DNA from: Candidatus Nanopelagicales bacterium
GTDB lineage: Bacteria; Actinomycetota; Actinomycetes; S36-B12
Length of the DNA stretch: 50,998 nucleotides
Direction: 5' to 3'
NCBI GenBank assembly: GCA_036007925.1
Contig: DASYOJ010000193.1
Span: forward strand, 1-50,998
Made by a program: the position numbers and the translations under genes. This document shows positions 20,497-33,221 of the stretch, one piece after another (the first letter of the stretch is position 1; every line of letters starts with the position of its first letter). The notes beneath the pieces were generated by a model that made no database searches, had not been told where the DNA came from, and saw nothing but the letters and a program-made list of their open reading frames with translations.

Positions 20497-21930
20497 CTAC
20501 ACGCCCCCTCCGGGGCCCGCGCTGCCGATCTTGTGAACACGCATGCCGTTGGTCGTACCCGGAATGCCGGGCGGAACCCCGGCCACGATCACCACTCGAT
20601 CACCTATCGTGGCTCGGCCTATATCCAGCAGGGCCTTGTCCACTTGTTGCACCATGTCATCGGTGTGTCGAACCTGAGGGACCAAGAAGGTTTCCACTCC
20701 CCACACCAGTGCCAGTTGACTGCGCACTCGGGGGTTGGGGGTGAAGGCCAATAAGGGAGTCGCGCAACGCCAACGAGCGATCAATCGGGCCGATCGCCCC
20801 GTTTCGGTGAAGGCGATGAGGTGGGTGCCTCCTACATACTGCGCAACATCCACTGCCGCTCGAGTGAGCGCCCGGGCGGTGGATCCGTGGACTTCTTCAT
20901 TCAACGCCGGAAGACGATCCAACGCTTCGGACTCGACGTGCTCAATGATCGTGGACATCGTGTTCACCACGAGCGGCGGATTGTGGCCAACACTCGTTTC
21001 TCCCGAAAGCATAAGGGCATCGGCACCGTCGAGAACGGCGTTGGCGACGTCACTAGCCTCAGCGCGCGTCGGCCGCGTCGCACTGATCATCGAGTCCAAC
21101 ATCTGCGTCGCAACGATGACCGGCTTGCCTGCATCCCGGCACATCTGAATCGCGCGCTTTTGCACAAGAGGAACTTGCTCCAATGGCAACTCCACCCCGA
21201 GGTCACCGCGGGCCACCATGACGCCGTCGAAGGCCTGAACGATCTCCTCAAGATTGTCGATGGCCTGCGGTTTTTCCACCTTGGCGAGTATCGGGACCGT
21301 AATGCCCTCGTTTTCCATGACAGCATGGACTTCCTTGGCATCGAAGGCCGAGCGCACGAAGGACAAAGCGATCATGTCGGCGCCAAGCCGCAGCGCCCAC
21401 CGAAGATCCTCGATGTCCTTGTCCGATAGCGCCGGGACGCTCACCGGCACACCGGGCAGGTTGAAACCCTTGTGGTCAGAGACTCGCCCACCCTCGATGA
21501 CGCGTGTGTGGACCTGCTCGCCTTCCACTTTTGTGACCCGTAACTCGACCCGACCGTCATCGACGAGCACAAGGTCCCCGGGGCTCACATCCCCCGGCAG
21601 ACCCGTGTGCGTGGTCGAAACCATGTGTCGGTCGCCGGGCACATCGCGCGTCGTCACGATGAACTCATCGCCCGACTCCAGCAAGACGGGACCCTCCGCA
21701 AAGGTGCCTAGCCGAATCTTGGGGCCTTGAAGATCAACCAAAACTCCGACGCCGCGGCCACTGGCATCAGACGCCTGCCGGACCGCCAAATAGGTCTGCC
21801 GGTGGATTTCGTGGCTGCCATGCGACAGGTTCAACCGGGCGACATCCATCCCAGCGTCAACCAACGCGCGGACGTGCTCAGGTGTGTGGGCTGATGGACC
21901 TAAGGTGGCCACAATTTTGGCTCGACGCAT
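20497..21930 (-). CDS. pyk: pyruvate kinase
   Basis: MRRAKIVATLGP N-terminus with NLSHGSH and MVARGDLGVELP motifs. 477 aa. Confidence 0.97.
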   Translation of the reverse strand: MRRAKIVATLGPSAHTPEHVRALVDAGMDVARLNLSHGSHEIHRQTYLAVRQASDASGRGVGVLVDLQGPKIRLGTFAEGPVLLESGDEFIVTTRDVPGDRHMVSTTHTGLPGDVSPGDLVLVDDGRVELRVTKVEGEQVHTRVIEGGRVSDHKGFNLPGVPVSVPALSDKDIEDLRWALRLGADMIALSFVRSAFDAKEVHAVMENEGITVPILAKVEKPQAIDNLEEIVQAFDGVMVARGDLGVELPLEQVPLVQKRAIQMCRDAGKPVIVATQMLDSMISATRPTRAEASDVANAVLDGADALMLSGETSVGHNPPLVVNTMSTIIEHVESEALDRLPALNEEVHGSTARALTRAAVDVAQYVGGTHLIAFTETGRSARLIARWRCATPLLAFTPNPRVRSQLALVWGVETFLVPQVRHTDDMVQQVDKALLDIGRATIGDRVVIVAGVPPGIPGTTNGMRVHKIGSAGPGGGV

Positions 21931-21953
21931 GCTCCAAGCCTATTCGTAAGCGG

Positions 21954-23408
21954 TTACACCGTGAGCGGCCGCGCCGAAGCACGAATGGGTGAGGGCAGAT
22001 TGGAAGTGCCCATGAGGTACCGATCCACACTCGCGGCTGCTGCCCTGCCTTCAGCGATAGCCCACACGATGAGTGACTGACCGCGTCCGGCATCGCCGGC
22101 AACGAACACGCCATCGACCGACGTCGAATAGTCATCTTCTCGGGCGATCGCTCCGCGCGGTGTCAACGGAAGGGCGAACTGCTCGACCATGGGGCCTTGT
22201 TCCGGTCCAGTGAAACCCATCGCCAGAAGCACCGTGTCGGCAGGAATGCTGCGCTGCGTGCCCTCAACCGGCGCGAACGCACCATCAACAAACTCCACAT
22301 CCACCAAGTGCAACGCCCGCACGCGACCGGAGTCATCGCCTTCGAAGTGCTCAGTTGAGACGGCGAACACCCGCTCACCACCTTCTTCATGCGCGCTCGA
22401 CACCCGATAGGTCATCGGGAACGTCGGCCACGGCTGACTAGAGGGTCTCTCCTCCGGAGGTCGCGGCATGATCTCGAGTTGCGTCACGCTAGCGGCGCCT
22501 TGCCGGTGTGCGGTACCGAGGCAATCCGCACCGGTGTCTCCGCCACCGATAATCACCACGTGTTGCCCTGCCACATCGAGTGGCGATGCTTCGAGATCAC
22601 CTTCTTGGACCTTGTTCGCCCAGGGTAGGAATTCCATAGCTTGATAGACGCCGGACAGTTCACGACCGGGGATCGGCAAATCCCGCCATGCCGTCGCCCC
22701 GGTGGCAATCACGATGGCGTCGTAGCGTCGACGTAAGTCAGGAACCGTGACATCCACCCCAATTTCCACGTTCGGCCGGAACTTGACGCCTTCGGCTTCC
22801 ATCTGCTCCAGACGCTGGTCCAGATGATTCTTTTCCATCTTGAATTCCGGAATTCCGTAGCGAAGCAATCCCCCGATGCGATCGGCGCGCTCGTAGACCG
22901 CCACAGTGTGACCCGCTCGGGCGAGTTGCTGAGCTGCGGCAAGCCCCGCCGGGCCAGAGCCGATCACCGCCACCGTTTTACCGCTGAGCGATTCCGGCGG
23001 CTGAGGCGTGACCCATCCGGACTGCCATGCCCGATCTACGATTGCAACTTCCACTTGTTTAATCGTGACGGGTTCAGCGTTGATGCCCAACACACAAGCC
23101 GTTTCGCATGGGGCGGGACATAGCCGTCCAGTGAATTCCGGGAAGTTATTCGTGGCATGCAATCGCTCGATTGCCTGTCCCCAGTCACGATCGTAGATCA
23201 AATCGTTCCATTCCGGAATCAAGTTGCCTAATGGGCAGCCTTGGTGACAGAACGGAATACCGCAGTCCATGCATCGTCCCGCCTGCTTTTCCAAGCTACG
23301 CGCATCGAACTCCTGGTACACCTCCGACCAATCCTGGATCCGCACATCCACAGGCCGCCGGGTTGGCAGCTCCCGTTCTGTCGTTAAGAAGCCGCGTGGA
23401 TCAGCCAT
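21954..23408 (-). CDS. gltD: glutamate synthase small subunit (NADPH)
   Basis: [10 protein letters not shown] Fe-S motif and [14 protein letters not shown] dinucleotide fold. Start trimmed to ATG 23408 (MADPRGFL), which overlaps the gltB stop by 8 nt. Confidence 0.94.
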   Translation of the reverse strand: MADPRGFLTTERELPTRRPVDVRIQDWSEVYQEFDARSLEKQAGRCMDCGIPFCHQGCPLGNLIPEWNDLIYDRDWGQAIERLHATNNFPEFTGRLCPAPCETACVLGINAEPVTIKQVEVAIVDRAWQSGWVTPQPPESLSGKTVAVIGSGPAGLAAAQQLARAGHTVAVYERADRIGGLLRYGIPEFKMEKNHLDQRLEQMEAEGVKFRPNVEIGVDVTVPDLRRRYDAIVIATGATAWRDLPIPGRELSGVYQAMEFLPWANKVQEGDLEASPLDVAGQHVVIIGGGDTGADCLGTAHRQGAASVTQLEIMPRPPEERPSSQPWPTFPMTYRVSSAHEEGGERVFAVSTEHFEGDDSGRVRALHLVDVEFVDGAFAPVEGTQRSIPADTVLLAMGFTGPEQGPMVEQFALPLTPRGAIAREDDYSTSVDGVFVAGDAGRGQSLIVWAIAEGRAAAASVDRYLMGTSNLPSPIRASARPLTV

Positions 23409-26400
23409 TGTCGCCTCCCATGACCGCAAGTATTGGGTCCTCGCCGTTGGCCAGGGCTTGCTCTCGCAAGCGCAACACACGCTTGAAATCCTTCGGCATG
23501 ACCTTGGTGAAACGTGATCGACTCTCCGGCCACGTTGCCAACAGGTCCGCACCCACCAGAGAGTCGGTTTCCTCGACATGACGAGTAATCAATGCATGCA
23601 ACTGTTCTAGATCGTCTGCATCCAAAGGATCAAGATCCACCATTTCCGGATTCACTCGGCTCGGCGCAAGATCGAGAACGTAGCCAACGCCACCAGACAT
23701 TCCAGCGCCAAGGTTTCGACCTACCGGCCCAAGGATTACTGCAATGCCTCCGGTCATGTATTCCAGGGCATGGTCACCCACACCCTCAACGACGGCGTGG
23801 ACACCAGAGTTGCGGACGCAGAAACGTTCACCAACCTGGCCCCGGATGAACACCTCACCGCTGGTCGCCCCATACCCGATCACATTCCCGGCGATGATGT
23901 TCTCCTGCGCAACGAACGTAGCCTCACGAGCCGGGCGCACAACTACTCGTCCGCCCGACAGACCCTTGGCAACGTAGTCATTCGCATCTCCCTCGAGACG
24001 CAAAGTAATTCCGGCCGGAACAAATGCCCCAAACGATTGACCAGCCGATCCCTGGAATGTCAGATCGATCGTCTCGTCCGGTAAACCCTCGCCGCCATGC
24101 GCCCTGGTCACGTGCGAGCCCAACATCGTGCCCACAGTGCGGTTGACATTGCGAATAGGCAGCTGAGCTCTTACTGGCTCCCGGTTTTCGATCGCCGGTC
24201 GACACAGTTCTATTAGTTCGACGTCCAGCGCACGGTCGAGTCCGTGATCTTGGGCAACGACTCGGTGTCGTGGAGTCCCCTCAGGGATCTCGGGCATATG
24301 CAAGATCGGAGCCAGGTCAAGACCGTTGGCTTTCCAATGGTCCACAGCTCGCCTAGTGTCCAGCATCTCTGTGTGTCCGATGGCTTCGTCCAGACTACGA
24401 AAGCCCAGTTGGGCCAGGTATTCGCGAACCTCCTCGGCGATGAACTCAAAGAAGTTGACCACGAACTCCGGGGTTCCTTGGAAACGTTCACGCAGAACAG
24501 GATTTTGGGTCGCGATTCCTACGGGGCAGGTATCAAGATGACAAACACGCATCATCACGCACCCCATAACGACGAGAGGAGCTGTCGCAAACCCAAACTC
24601 CTCGGCCCCCAGCAGTGCAGCGATCAAGACATCGCGGCCAGTTTTGAGTTGTCCATCGGTTTGCACAACCACACGGTCACGAAGTCCGTTCAACAACAAA
24701 GTCTGCTGAGTTTCAGCGAGCCCGAGTTCCCAAGGCCCACCAGCGTGCTTCAACGAGGTCAAGGGAGATGCGCCCGTACCCCCGTCATGTCCGGAGATCA
24801 GCACCACGTCTGCATGTGCCTTAGAAACACCTGCCGCCACCGTCCCCACGCCAACCTCGGCAACAAGCTTCACATGTACGCGAGCTAGTGGATTAGCGTT
24901 TTTGAGGTCGTGGATGAGCTGCGCTAGATCTTCGATGGAATAAATGTCGTGGTGCGGCGGCGGGGAAATCAGCCCCACGCCCGGCGTTGAGTGTCGAGTC
25001 TTGGCAATCCACGGGTAGACCTTGTGCCCGGGCAGTTGACCACCCTCGCCAGGCTTGGCACCTTGGGCCATCTTGATCTGGATATCGTCGCTGTTGACGA
25101 GGTATTCACTGGTAACACCGAATCGACCCGATGCCACCTGCTTGATGGCTGAACGCTTGGAATCACCGTTCTCCAGCGCAACATAGCGCTCGGGATCCTC
25201 GCCGCCCTCCCCCGTATTCGACTTACCACCCAGTCGATTCATGGCCACTGCCAAGGTCTCGTGGGCCTCTGCCGAAATCGATCCGTAGGACATCGCACCG
25301 GTGGAGAATCGGGCCACGATCGACTCGACGGACTCTACTTCTTCGATTGGCACCGGTGCACGTTCATCTTCTTTCAACGTGAAGAGTCCACGCAGGGTCA
25401 TCAAGCGCTCGGCTTGCTCGTTAACACCGTTGGTGTATTCGCGGAAAATGTCGTATCGCTTGGTGCGTGTGGCGTGTTGCAACCGGAAGACGGTTTCCGG
25501 ATCAAAGAGATGCGGTTCACCGTCTCGACGCCATTGGTACTCCCCACCGTCGGCCAGGATCCGATGGGCAGGCGAGATTCCCGACGGCGGGTAGGCCATG
25601 GCGTGTCGTTTGGCCACTTCCTCGGCAAGCACATCGAGTCCGACGCCGCCAAGTTTCGTGGTGGTTCCGGTGAAGTAGGCATCCACCAACTCTTGGGACA
25701 ACCCGATGGACTCAAAGATTTGCGCTCCTCGATAGGACGCCACCGTGGACACTCCCATTTTGGACATCACCTTGAGCAGTCCCTTGCCGAGCGCCTTGAT
25801 GTAGTTCCGCACAGCCTTCTCGACCGACACCCCATCAATTACGTGACGATTAACCAAGTCCTCAACTGTCTCCAGGGCCAAATACGGGTTGATCGCCGCT
25901 GCTCCGTAGCCGACGAGCAACGCAACATGGTGCACCTCACGTACATCGCCAGCCTCAACAAGCAGGCTGATCTGGCTACGCGTCTTTGTTCGCACGAGGT
26001 GGTGATGGACAGCCGCGCACAAGAGCAGCGAGGGAATAGGCGCGAGTTGAGCATTACTGTCCCGGTCAGACAACACGATGAACCGCTTGCCTTGCCGTAT
26101 TACTGCATCAACTTCGTTGAAGATCTCACCAAGGCGCTTCTCCAGCGCAGACCCACCTCCGGCCACTGGATACAACCCCTTAATGCGCGTGGCCGCAAAC
26201 TCCGGCAGGGTGCCATCAGCGTTGATGTGCAAAATTTTCGCTAGTTCGTCGTTGTCGATCACTGGGAACGGCAAGACAACCTGTCGGCAGTGACCTGGCT
26301 GAGAGTCAAGCAAGTTGCCCTCCGGCCCGATCAAACTTGCCAAACTCGTGACGATCTCCTCCCGAATGGCATCGAGCGGTGGATTAGTGACCTGCGCGAA

Positions 26401-27984
26401 GAGTTGGCTGAAGTAGTCGAAGATCAAGCGTGGCCTACTGGACAGCACAGCTATCGGCGTGTCGGTGCCCATCGAACCAATCGGCTCCGCACCCGCCCGC
26501 GACATTGGCTCCACGATGATTCGCAGTTCTTCCTGCGTGTAGCCGAACGTCTGTTGGCGACGAGCAACTGACTCGTGGGTGTGCACAACATGCTCACGCT
26601 CGGGAAGCTCCTCAAGGTGGATGAGTCCGCTGTCCAGCCATTCGGAATAGGGAAACTCGCTGGCTAGTTCGGCTTTGATCTCATCATCTTCGATGATTCG
26701 TCCGACAGCTGTATCCACAAGGAACATCCGACCCGGCTGCAAACGCCCCTTGCGCACCACCTTGGCAGGATCAATGTCGAGCACGCCGGCTTCCGAAGCA
26801 AGCACCACCAAGCCGTCATCGGTCACCCAAAAGCGCCCAGGGCGCAAGCCATTGCGGTCAAGGACAGCCCCAATTTGTGTGCCGTCGGTGAAGCAGACGT
26901 TCGCCGGACCGTCCCATGGCTCCATCAAAGTGGCGTAGAACTCATAGAACGCCCTCCGAGCCGGATCCATTTCCGGGTTGTTCTCCCAAGCCTCCGGAAT
27001 CATCATGAGTACCGCTTGAGGCAGCGAACGTCCACCGAGATGCAACAACTCGAGGACTTCATCGAAACTCGCCGAATCACTTGCATCGGGTGTGCAAATT
27101 GGAAAGAGCCTCGTCATGTCTCCGGGAATGACGTCACTCGTCAGCATCGCCTCACGAGTCGTCATCCAATTGCGATTGCCTTGCACCGTATTGATTTCCC
27201 CGTTGTGTGCTATCAACCGATACGGGTGTGCCAGTGGCCACGACGGGAACGTGTTAGTCGAAAATCGTGAGTGGACCATGGCTAGAGTCGAAGCGATATC
27301 CGGCTCGCTTAGATCCGGATAGAAGGGTGTGAGTTGACCGGTGGTCAACATCCCCTTGTACACAATGGTCCGGGCAGAAAGCGAAGCGAAGTAGACACCT
27401 ATTTCGTGCTCAATACGTTTGCGCATCCCGAAAATGAGGCGATCGAGATCGACTCCTGTGGCCTGGCCCTGTGCATCGGCGAGGAAGATCTGCCAGAAGG
27501 CGGGCATGCACGCACGCGCCGTGGCGCCAACCAGGGAAGGATCCGTGGGTACTTCTCGCCATCCGAGGACCACGACGCCCTCGTCGTCTGCAATATGACT
27601 GATAGCGCGCATAGCTTCGGCGCGTTCGGTCAAGTCGGTGGGGAGGAAACCAATACCAGTGGCGTAGCTTTCGGCCGCCGGTAACTCAATGCCACCAACG
27701 CGACGCAAGAGCGCATCGGGTACTTGCAGCAAAATTCCTGCACCGTCGCCGCTGTCGGGCTCGCTACCGGATGCTCCCCGGTGTTCGAGATTGACCAGCG
27801 CGGTCAGTGCCTGTTGCACGACCTGCGCCGTGGGCTCACCGGTAAGAGTCGCGACGAAAGCGACGCCACACGCATCCTTTTCGGCACGCGGGTCATACAA
27901 GCCCTGGGGGGCAGGTGCGGTGGAGTAGCGATCCAGCACGATGGGCCTTTCGTCGTCCGTTGGTGACAGGAGACCGGATCCCAC
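23401..27984 (-). CDS. gltB: glutamate synthase large subunit
   Basis: 1527 aa with the Ntn amidotransferase Cys in [10 protein letters not shown], an FMN/Fe-S central domain, [10 protein letters not shown], and a C-terminal GXGXG beta-helix. The GTG start at 27984 has no obvious SD, so the exact start is uncertain. Confidence 0.96.
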   Translation of the reverse strand: MGSGLLSPTDDERPIVLDRYSTAPAPQGLYDPRAEKDACGVAFVATLTGEPTAQVVQQALTALVNLEHRGASGSEPDSGDGAGILLQVPDALLRRVGGIELPAAESYATGIGFLPTDLTERAEAMRAISHIADDEGVVVLGWREVPTDPSLVGATARACMPAFWQIFLADAQGQATGVDLDRLIFGMRKRIEHEIGVYFASLSARTIVYKGMLTTGQLTPFYPDLSEPDIASTLAMVHSRFSTNTFPSWPLAHPYRLIAHNGEINTVQGNRNWMTTREAMLTSDVIPGDMTRLFPICTPDASDSASFDEVLELLHLGGRSLPQAVLMMIPEAWENNPEMDPARRAFYEFYATLMEPWDGPANVCFTDGTQIGAVLDRNGLRPGRFWVTDDGLVVLASEAGVLDIDPAKVVRKGRLQPGRMFLVDTAVGRIIEDDEIKAELASEFPYSEWLDSGLIHLEELPEREHVVHTHESVARRQQTFGYTQEELRIIVEPMSRAGAEPIGSMGTDTPIAVLSSRPRLIFDYFSQLFAQVTNPPLDAIREEIVTSLASLIGPEGNLLDSQPGHCRQVVLPFPVIDNDELAKILHINADGTLPEFAATRIKGLYPVAGGGSALEKRLGEIFNEVDAVIRQGKRFIVLSDRDSNAQLAPIPSLLLCAAVHHHLVRTKTRSQISLLVEAGDVREVHHVALLVGYGAAAINPYLALETVEDLVNRHVIDGVSVEKAVRNYIKALGKGLLKVMSKMGVSTVASYRGAQIFESIGLSQELVDAYFTGTTTKLGGVGLDVLAEEVAKRHAMAYPPSGISPAHRILADGGEYQWRRDGEPHLFDPETVFRLQHATRTKRYDIFREYTNGVNEQAERLMTLRGLFTLKEDERAPVPIEEVESVESIVARFSTGAMSYGSISAEAHETLAVAMNRLGGKSNTGEGGEDPERYVALENGDSKRSAIKQVASGRFGVTSEYLVNSDDIQIKMAQGAKPGEGGQLPGHKVYPWIAKTRHSTPGVGLISPPPHHDIYSIEDLAQLIHDLKNANPLARVHVKLVAEVGVGTVAAGVSKAHADVVLISGHDGGTGASPLTSLKHAGGPWELGLAETQQTLLLNGLRDRVVVQTDGQLKTGRDVLIAALLGAEEFGFATAPLVVMGCVMMRVCHLDTCPVGIATQNPVLRERFQGTPEFVVNFFEFIAEEVREYLAQLGFRSLDEAIGHTEMLDTRRAVDHWKANGLDLAPILHMPEIPEGTPRHRVVAQDHGLDRALDVELIELCRPAIENREPVRAQLPIRNVNRTVGTMLGSHVTRAHGGEGLPDETIDLTFQGSAGQSFGAFVPAGITLRLEGDANDYVAKGLSGGRVVVRPAREATFVAQENIIAGNVIGYGATSGEVFIRGQVGERFCVRNSGVHAVVEGVGDHALEYMTGGIAVILGPVGRNLGAGMSGGVGYVLDLAPSRVNPEMVDLDPLDADDLEQLHALITRHVEETDSLVGADLLATWPESRSRFTKVMPKDFKRVLRLREQALANGEDPILAVMGGDNG

Positions 27985-28036
27985 CCAAGGGAAGGGACCG
28001 GCCTACGGGACGACGTTGGCCCGTTCGACGTCGAGT

Positions 28037-28942
28037 CTAGCGACGAACCTGGTCGTCGTCCTCCTGCGACCCCTCCGCCGTCGAATCCTCCACAGGCGCC
28101 TGCTCGATCGTCTCGCGTCCAGGCTTCGTGCGTGCCGACCACACGAGGTACGCCAAGGCTCCAATGCCGACGATGATCGAGGTCCACACATTGAGCCTGA
28201 GTCCACCGACGGTATTGACCGGATCGATGCGCATCGCTTCGATCCACCCGCGGCCGATCACGTAGAGCAGCACATAAAGTGCAAATACCCGGCCATGACC
28301 CATCTGAAAGCGCCGATCGGCCCAGATCACCACGACAGCCACCCCCACCAGCCACAGGGACTCGTACAAGAAGGTGGGGTGGAACGTGGCGAACTCCTCG
28401 TATCCGGTGGGCCTTTTTGCGGGGTCGATCTCCAATGCCCAGGGAAGGTCCGTCGGCCGGCCGAACAACTCCTGGTTAAACCAGTTGCCCCATCGGCCCA
28501 CTGCCTGCGCAAGGGCGATGCCCGGGGCGATCGCATCGGCTATCGGAGGTAGCGCTACATGGTGACGCCGAGCAGCGATCCATGCGCCTAGTCCACCGAG
28601 AGCCACCGCTCCCCAAATCCCTAAACCACCATCCCAGACGCGCAACGCCGCTACAAAACCGCGGCCGTCAGGGCCGAAATAAATCTGCCAGTCACTGAGT
28701 ACGTGATAGAGGCGACCACCGATGATGCCAAAGGGCACGGCCCACAGGGCTATGTCGGTTATCAGGCCTGGCTGTCCGCCGCGTGCAACGTACCGCTTGT
28801 TTCCTAGCCAGATCGCGATGACGATGCCAGCGATAATCGCCAAGGCATAGGCACGCAGTGGCACTGGTCCCAGGTTCCACGTTCCTTGCTCCGGGCTGGG
28901 GATACTGCTGGGCAGCAACGCCGAAACCGCTGACATTGACAT
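28037..28942 (-). CDS. lgt: prolipoprotein diacylglyceryl transferase
   Basis: Polytopic membrane ORF with GGRLYH and VGRWGNWFNQELFG signature motifs and an acidic C-terminal tail. Confidence 0.93.
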   Translation of the reverse strand: MSMSAVSALLPSSIPSPEQGTWNLGPVPLRAYALAIIAGIVIAIWLGNKRYVARGGQPGLITDIALWAVPFGIIGGRLYHVLSDWQIYFGPDGRGFVAALRVWDGGLGIWGAVALGGLGAWIAARRHHVALPPIADAIAPGIALAQAVGRWGNWFNQELFGRPTDLPWALEIDPAKRPTGYEEFATFHPTFLYESLWLVGVAVVVIWADRRFQMGHGRVFALYVLLYVIGRGWIEAMRIDPVNTVGGLRLNVWTSIIVGIGALAYLVWSARTKPGRETIEQAPVEDSTAEGSQEDDDQVRR

Positions 28943-28945
28943 GAA

Positions 28946-29746
28946 TCAACGACCGGCGGCTTCAGTGACCGCTGCCAGCAGCGCAGCCTGATCGGCCAGT
29001 GTCGTGTTCGGGACTTCCACGCCGTCAATCTTGCCGAGCGGAGTGCCCCCGACGCCTCCGTCGTAGAACTCCTGAGTGGAGTTGGCTGCCCAAGGCCGGT
29101 AGGTGCCTTCATCGACGCACTGTGTGAAGGCATCTAGTTCCGGTTCGGCCATACCGATCTCCTCGGCAATCGCGATGAAGTCCTCATCAGGCCATCCATC
29201 GCCTTCAACCTGCGGCAGATTCGCGTACAGCGAATCGTGAAATTCGCGCGTGTAGCCAGCATCGATAGCGCAGCCCCATGCACCTATCGCGCGGTTGGAC
29301 GCATCGTTGCCCAGGTTCCGGTCCAAGAAGCCAGTCGGGCGCCAGACCAACTGCACGAGCCCGTCCTCTGCGAGTTCGGCTATGCCGTCGCCGTTCGCCT
29401 CCTCCAAAGAGGCGCACGCCGGGCACTGGAAGTCTTCCCACACTTCGAGCACAGGAACGTCGTCCCCGCCACTGCCGTAGGGAACCCCGAAGGCCCACTC
29501 GCTGTCAGCGCCGAGCACGCCATCGGGCACGGGGGCACTAGGGTCAGGCTCAACGACTTCAACACCGGTAGCGCTACCTTCACTATTGCGTGCGATCACG
29601 GCTGCGCCGATGATGCCAGCCACCACGACGACCACGGCAGCTGCGCCAATAATCCGTACGGTGCGCTCGCGGCGCTTCTCCCCTGCCTGCGCGGCTTCAC
29701 GCGCGGCGGCGGCTCGTTCGCGCCGGTCCTTGCTCCCCGCTGCCAT
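28946..29746 (-). CDS. membrane-anchored DsbA-family thiol:disulfide oxidoreductase
   Basis: N-terminal basic segment and TM helix IIGAAAVVVVVAGIIGAAVI, followed by a thioredoxin-fold motif FQCPACASLEE. GGAG lies 6 nt upstream of the ATG. Confidence 0.85.
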   Translation of the reverse strand: MAAGSKDRRERAAAAREAAQAGEKRRERTVRIIGAAAVVVVVAGIIGAAVIARNSEGSATGVEVVEPDPSAPVPDGVLGADSEWAFGVPYGSGGDDVPVLEVWEDFQCPACASLEEANGDGIAELAEDGLVQLVWRPTGFLDRNLGNDASNRAIGAWGCAIDAGYTREFHDSLYANLPQVEGDGWPDEDFIAIAEEIGMAEPELDAFTQCVDEGTYRPWAANSTQEFYDGGVGGTPLGKIDGVEVPNTTLADQAALLAAVTEAAGR

Positions 29747-29784
29747 GAATTCTCCGTTCCCAATCTCTCGGCCGAAGGATCAGA

Positions 29785-30615
29785 CTAATTCGCCCCGACC
29801 CACTGGTCGCCCACGGGGCGACGCACGCCCTCGGCCAGTTCCTCTGCGAAGCCTCGCACCGAAGCGCGAGCCTGGCTTACGTCCTGCGCGTCGAGAATGC
29901 GCCGCACGAAGGCCGACCCGACGATCACGCCGTCGGCGTACCCGGCGATGCCCGCGGCCTGATCGCCACTGGAGACCCCGAGACCGACCCCGATAGGTGC
30001 CTGAGTGCGCCCGCGGACGCGCGCCACGAGCGTGGGTGCGGCCGAACTGACCTGATCACGCGCCCCGGTCACCCCCATGGTTGATGCCGCGTAAACGAAA
30101 CCGGTGCACGCCCGCGCGACAGTCTCGATGCGGGTATCGGTGGAGGAGGGCGCCACCAAGAACGTGCGGTCGATACCGGCGGAATCAGTAGCCGTTGTCC
30201 AAGGCCCCGCTTCCTCAGGGGTGAGGTCCGGAGTGATCACTCCAGACCCCCCGACTGCTTGCATGCGGTCGACAAAGCGCTGCAAGCCAAACCGTTCAAT
30301 GGGATTCCAGTAGCTCATGACGACCGCCGCCTGGCGGTCTCCCAATGCGATGCGCTCGACGACGGACAACACATCGTCTGTGGTGGTCCCTTCGGACAAG
30401 GCGATCTCCACAGCTTCTTGAATCGCAGCACCGTCCATGAGCGGATCGGAGTACGGCAGACCCACTTCCACGAGGTCGACTCCACCAGCGAGCATCTCGT
30501 CAATCAGGGCAATGCTCGCCTCGACAGTCGGGAAACCAGCGGGAAGATAGCCGATGAGCGCCGCCCGCGAATCGGCCCGGGCGGCTGCGAACACCGCCTC
30601 GGTGCGCGAATTCAC
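29785..30615 (-). CDS. trpA: tryptophan synthase alpha chain
   Basis: [18 protein letters not shown] and GFVYAAS..GVTGA motifs. GTGA overlap with the trpB stop. Confidence 0.96.
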   Translation of the reverse strand: MNSRTEAVFAAARADSRAALIGYLPAGFPTVEASIALIDEMLAGGVDLVEVGLPYSDPLMDGAAIQEAVEIALSEGTTTDDVLSVVERIALGDRQAAVVMSYWNPIERFGLQRFVDRMQAVGGSGVITPDLTPEEAGPWTTATDSAGIDRTFLVAPSSTDTRIETVARACTGFVYAASTMGVTGARDQVSSAAPTLVARVRGRTQAPIGVGLGVSSGDQAAGIAGYADGVIVGSAFVRRILDAQDVSQARASVRGFAEELAEGVRRPVGDQWVGAN

Positions 30616-31859
30616 TGCTCGACCTGCATCCCGAACCAGCGGGCGGCGGTCTCGACGTCCTTGTCACCTCGACCCGAAAGATTAATGACGATCACCGAGT
30701 CCGGCCCTAATTCGCGTCCGAGCCGAATCGCCCCGGCGAGCGCGTGTGCAGTCTCGATTGCGGGAATGATGCCTTCTGTACGCGAGAGTAGAGCGAATGC
30801 CTCCATGGCCTCAGCATCGGTGATGGCCTCGTAACGAGCTCGGCCGGTGTCATGCAGCCATGCGTGTTCTGGACCGACGCCGGGGTAGTCCAATCCCGCG
30901 CTGATCGAATGAGAGGGAACGGTTTGTCCCCATTCATCCTGCATGACATAGGTCCGCGCACCATGCAAAACTCCCGGCGCACCCATCGCGAACCGTGCGG
31001 CATGCCGTCCAGAATCGACACCTTCCCCGCCAGCCTCGTAACCAACCAACTGAACCTCAGGGTCGTCGATAAAACCAGCGAACAAACCCATAGCGTTGGA
31101 GCCACCCCCCACGCAGGCAATCGCAGCATCGGGCAGGCGCCCTTCGATGGCAAGGATCTGCTCGCGGGATTCGTGACCGATGACCGAATGGAAGTGGCGC
31201 ACGATACGTGGGAAGGGTGCTGGTCCTGTCACGGTACCCAATAAGTAATGCGTGTCATCGACGTTCGTGACCCAATCACGCATCGCCTCGTTGATCGCGT
31301 CCTTGAGAGTTTGGGTACCCGTCTCCACAGGAACGACCGTGGCTCCCAGCAATTCCATCCGAGCGACATTCAAGGCTTGGCGCCTGGTGTCCTCGACGCC
31401 CATGTAGACGACGCATTCGAGTCCCATCAACGCCGCCGCAGTAGCAGAGGCCACGCCGTGCTGACCCGCTCCTGTCTCGGCGATGATCCTCTTCTTGCCC
31501 ATCCGGGTGGTCAGGAGCGCCTGGCCAAGGACGTTGTTAATTTTATGGGACCCGGTGTGGTTCAAGTCTTCGCGCTTGAGATAGATGCGCGCTCCCCCAC
31601 ATTCATCCCCGAACCGATGCGCACGCGTCAAAAGCGACGGACGACCGGTGTAATCACGCTCTAATGCTGATAACTCGGTGGCGAATCCAGGATCGACAAC
31701 AGCCGTCTCGAAAGCGGCTTGGAGTTCATCGAGCGCAGCCATCAGCGCTTCCGGGACGAACCGTCCGCCATAGGGCCCGTAATGCCCAGCGTCGGAGGCT
31801 TTGTCCGCCGCTTGTTGTGGCAGCGCGGTTTGCGAAGAAGTTTCGTGGGTGGTTGTCAC
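30612..31859 (-). CDS. trpB: tryptophan synthase beta chain
   Basis: [11 protein letters not shown] (PLP Lys) and [11 protein letters not shown] motifs. GTGA overlap with the trpC stop. Confidence 0.97.
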   Translation of the reverse strand: MTTTHETSSQTALPQQAADKASDAGHYGPYGGRFVPEALMAALDELQAAFETAVVDPGFATELSALERDYTGRPSLLTRAHRFGDECGGARIYLKREDLNHTGSHKINNVLGQALLTTRMGKKRIIAETGAGQHGVASATAAALMGLECVVYMGVEDTRRQALNVARMELLGATVVPVETGTQTLKDAINEAMRDWVTNVDDTHYLLGTVTGPAPFPRIVRHFHSVIGHESREQILAIEGRLPDAAIACVGGGSNAMGLFAGFIDDPEVQLVGYEAGGEGVDSGRHAARFAMGAPGVLHGARTYVMQDEWGQTVPSHSISAGLDYPGVGPEHAWLHDTGRARYEAITDAEAMEAFALLSRTEGIIPAIETAHALAGAIRLGRELGPDSVIVINLSGRGDKDVETAARWFGMQVEQ

Positions 31860-32674
31860 ATCGCACTCCGGCGTCCGTGTCGAAGGGCTGGATGAGCACC
31901 CGCGGTCACGAGATCGTGCACAGCCGCCCGCGGATCCTTGCCGGTGACCAAGGCTTCGCCGACGAGAACGGCGTCAGCTCCGGCTTCGGCATAAGCAATC
32001 AGATCGTGTGGCTCACGGATACCTGACTCAGCGATTTTCACGCAATCATCAGGGATCAGATGAGCGACCCGGGCAAAAACGTTTCGATCGATCTCCAAGG
32101 TCTTCAGGTCGCGGGCGTTGACCCCGATGACATCGGCGCCCGCGTCAAGTGCACGGGCGATCTCATCTTCATCGTGCACTTCCACCAGCGGCGTGAGGCC
32201 GAGGCTTCGGCTGCGTTCGACAAGCGAAACGAGGGCATCTTGCTGGAGGGCGGCGACAATCAACAAGACGAGATCGGCTCCGTAGACCTTGGCTTCCCAC
32301 AGTTGGTAACTGCCGACTATGAAGTCCTTGCGCAAGACGGGAATGTCAACTGCCGCACGCACTTGCTCGAGGTCACTCAAGCTGCCACCGAACCGGCGCT
32401 CCTCGGTCAGCACGCTGATGCAGTGCGCGCCACCGGCTTCGTATTCGATAGCCAGTTTCGCTGGGTCATTGATGTCAGCAAGCGGACCACGGCTCGGACT
32501 ATGCCGCTTGACTTCCGCAATGACACACACTTGATCACTGGCAAGGAAACAGCGGGCGTTCCTAGCCGGCTGAACATGCGCCGCACGTTCCTTTAACTGT
32601 TCGAGCGGGACCTCATCCATCCGCCGCGCGACGTCTTTGCGGACGCCAGCGATGATGTCTTCCAGGACGCTCAC
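31856..32674 (-). CDS. trpC: indole-3-glycerol phosphate synthase
   Basis: [16 protein letters not shown]-terminus with [12 protein letters not shown] and VLRKDFIV motifs. Start trimmed to GTG 32674. The ORF-track extension is Cys/Pro-rich and would overlap the upstream gene. Confidence 0.92.
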   Translation of the reverse strand: MSVLEDIIAGVRKDVARRMDEVPLEQLKERAAHVQPARNARCFLASDQVCVIAEVKRHSPSRGPLADINDPAKLAIEYEAGGAHCISVLTEERRFGGSLSDLEQVRAAVDIPVLRKDFIVGSYQLWEAKVYGADLVLLIVAALQQDALVSLVERSRSLGLTPLVEVHDEDEIARALDAGADVIGVNARDLKTLEIDRNVFARVAHLIPDDCVKIAESGIREPHDLIAYAEAGADAVLVGEALVTGKDPRAAVHDLVTAGAHPALRHGRRSAM

Positions 32675-32714
32675 GAGCCCACAGTACGCCCGCTTGGTCG
32701 CGATGCCACCGGGG

Positions 32715-33221
32715 CTATCCCGTTCCGGAGGACAAGTAGGGCACCAGATTGCGAACAACACCGAAGGCGATGACCACAAGCAGGGCTGTCACCATCCACC
32801 TACTGCGCTGGGCTTGTTGCGTCGGTGTCAGGCGTGGGCGTCGGCCGGTCCATGCTCGGTAAGCCCACACGAAGAAGGCCACAACCGCGGCCGGCAAGGC
32901 GACGAGCAGCAAGAGGTTGTCGTCGAGCATGCCGCCAAGGTCGCCGTGCAGAAGGTCGTAGGTACCGCGCATGCCTCCGCAACCCGGGCAATCGATCCCC
33001 AGGAGTGTTTGACTCGGACACCCGGGATAGTGGCCGGGAACGTTTGGATCTACCGCCCGCAGATACCCAGCACCGATAAGAGCACCTACCGCAGTGGCTA
33101 CGACGGGAAGCATCCGCCGACGCCGGCTACGCCGGTCCACAATCTCCTCGCCGACGATCTCGTACTTCGGTGACTTCACATCCGACACCAATCCACTGTA
33201 CGGCCCACCGGGGTCACTCAC
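32715..33221 (-). CDS. DUF2752-type membrane protein (trp-operon associated, function unknown)
   Basis: 168-aa ORF with CPGCGGMRG and [12 protein letters not shown] Cys motifs and about 3 TM helices. The GTG start forms a GTGA overlap with the histidine-kinase stop. Confidence 0.75.
   Translation of the reverse strand: MSDPGGPYSGLVSDVKSPKYEIVGEEIVDRRSRRRRMLPVVATAVGALIGAGYLRAVDPNVPGHYPGCPSQTLLGIDCPGCGGMRGTYDLLHGDLGGMLDDNLLLLVALPAAVVAFFVWAYRAWTGRRPRLTPTQQAQRSRWMVTALLVVIAFGVVRNLVPYLSSGTG

Noticed and set aside
25261-26244. A 327-aa plus-strand ORF inside gltB. Similar cases occur at 16866-17762, 38195-39079 and 35526-36347.
   Set aside because: All lie antisense to strongly supported enzyme genes and show the same biased composition. 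Nothing supports them as coding.
27985-28036. The 52-nt spacer between lgt and gltB, checked for a terminator or nitrogen-regulator site.
   Set aside because: I see no convincing hairpin, U-tract or palindrome. The only oddity is the lack of an SD before the GTG at 27984, which more likely reflects uncertainty in the gltB start.
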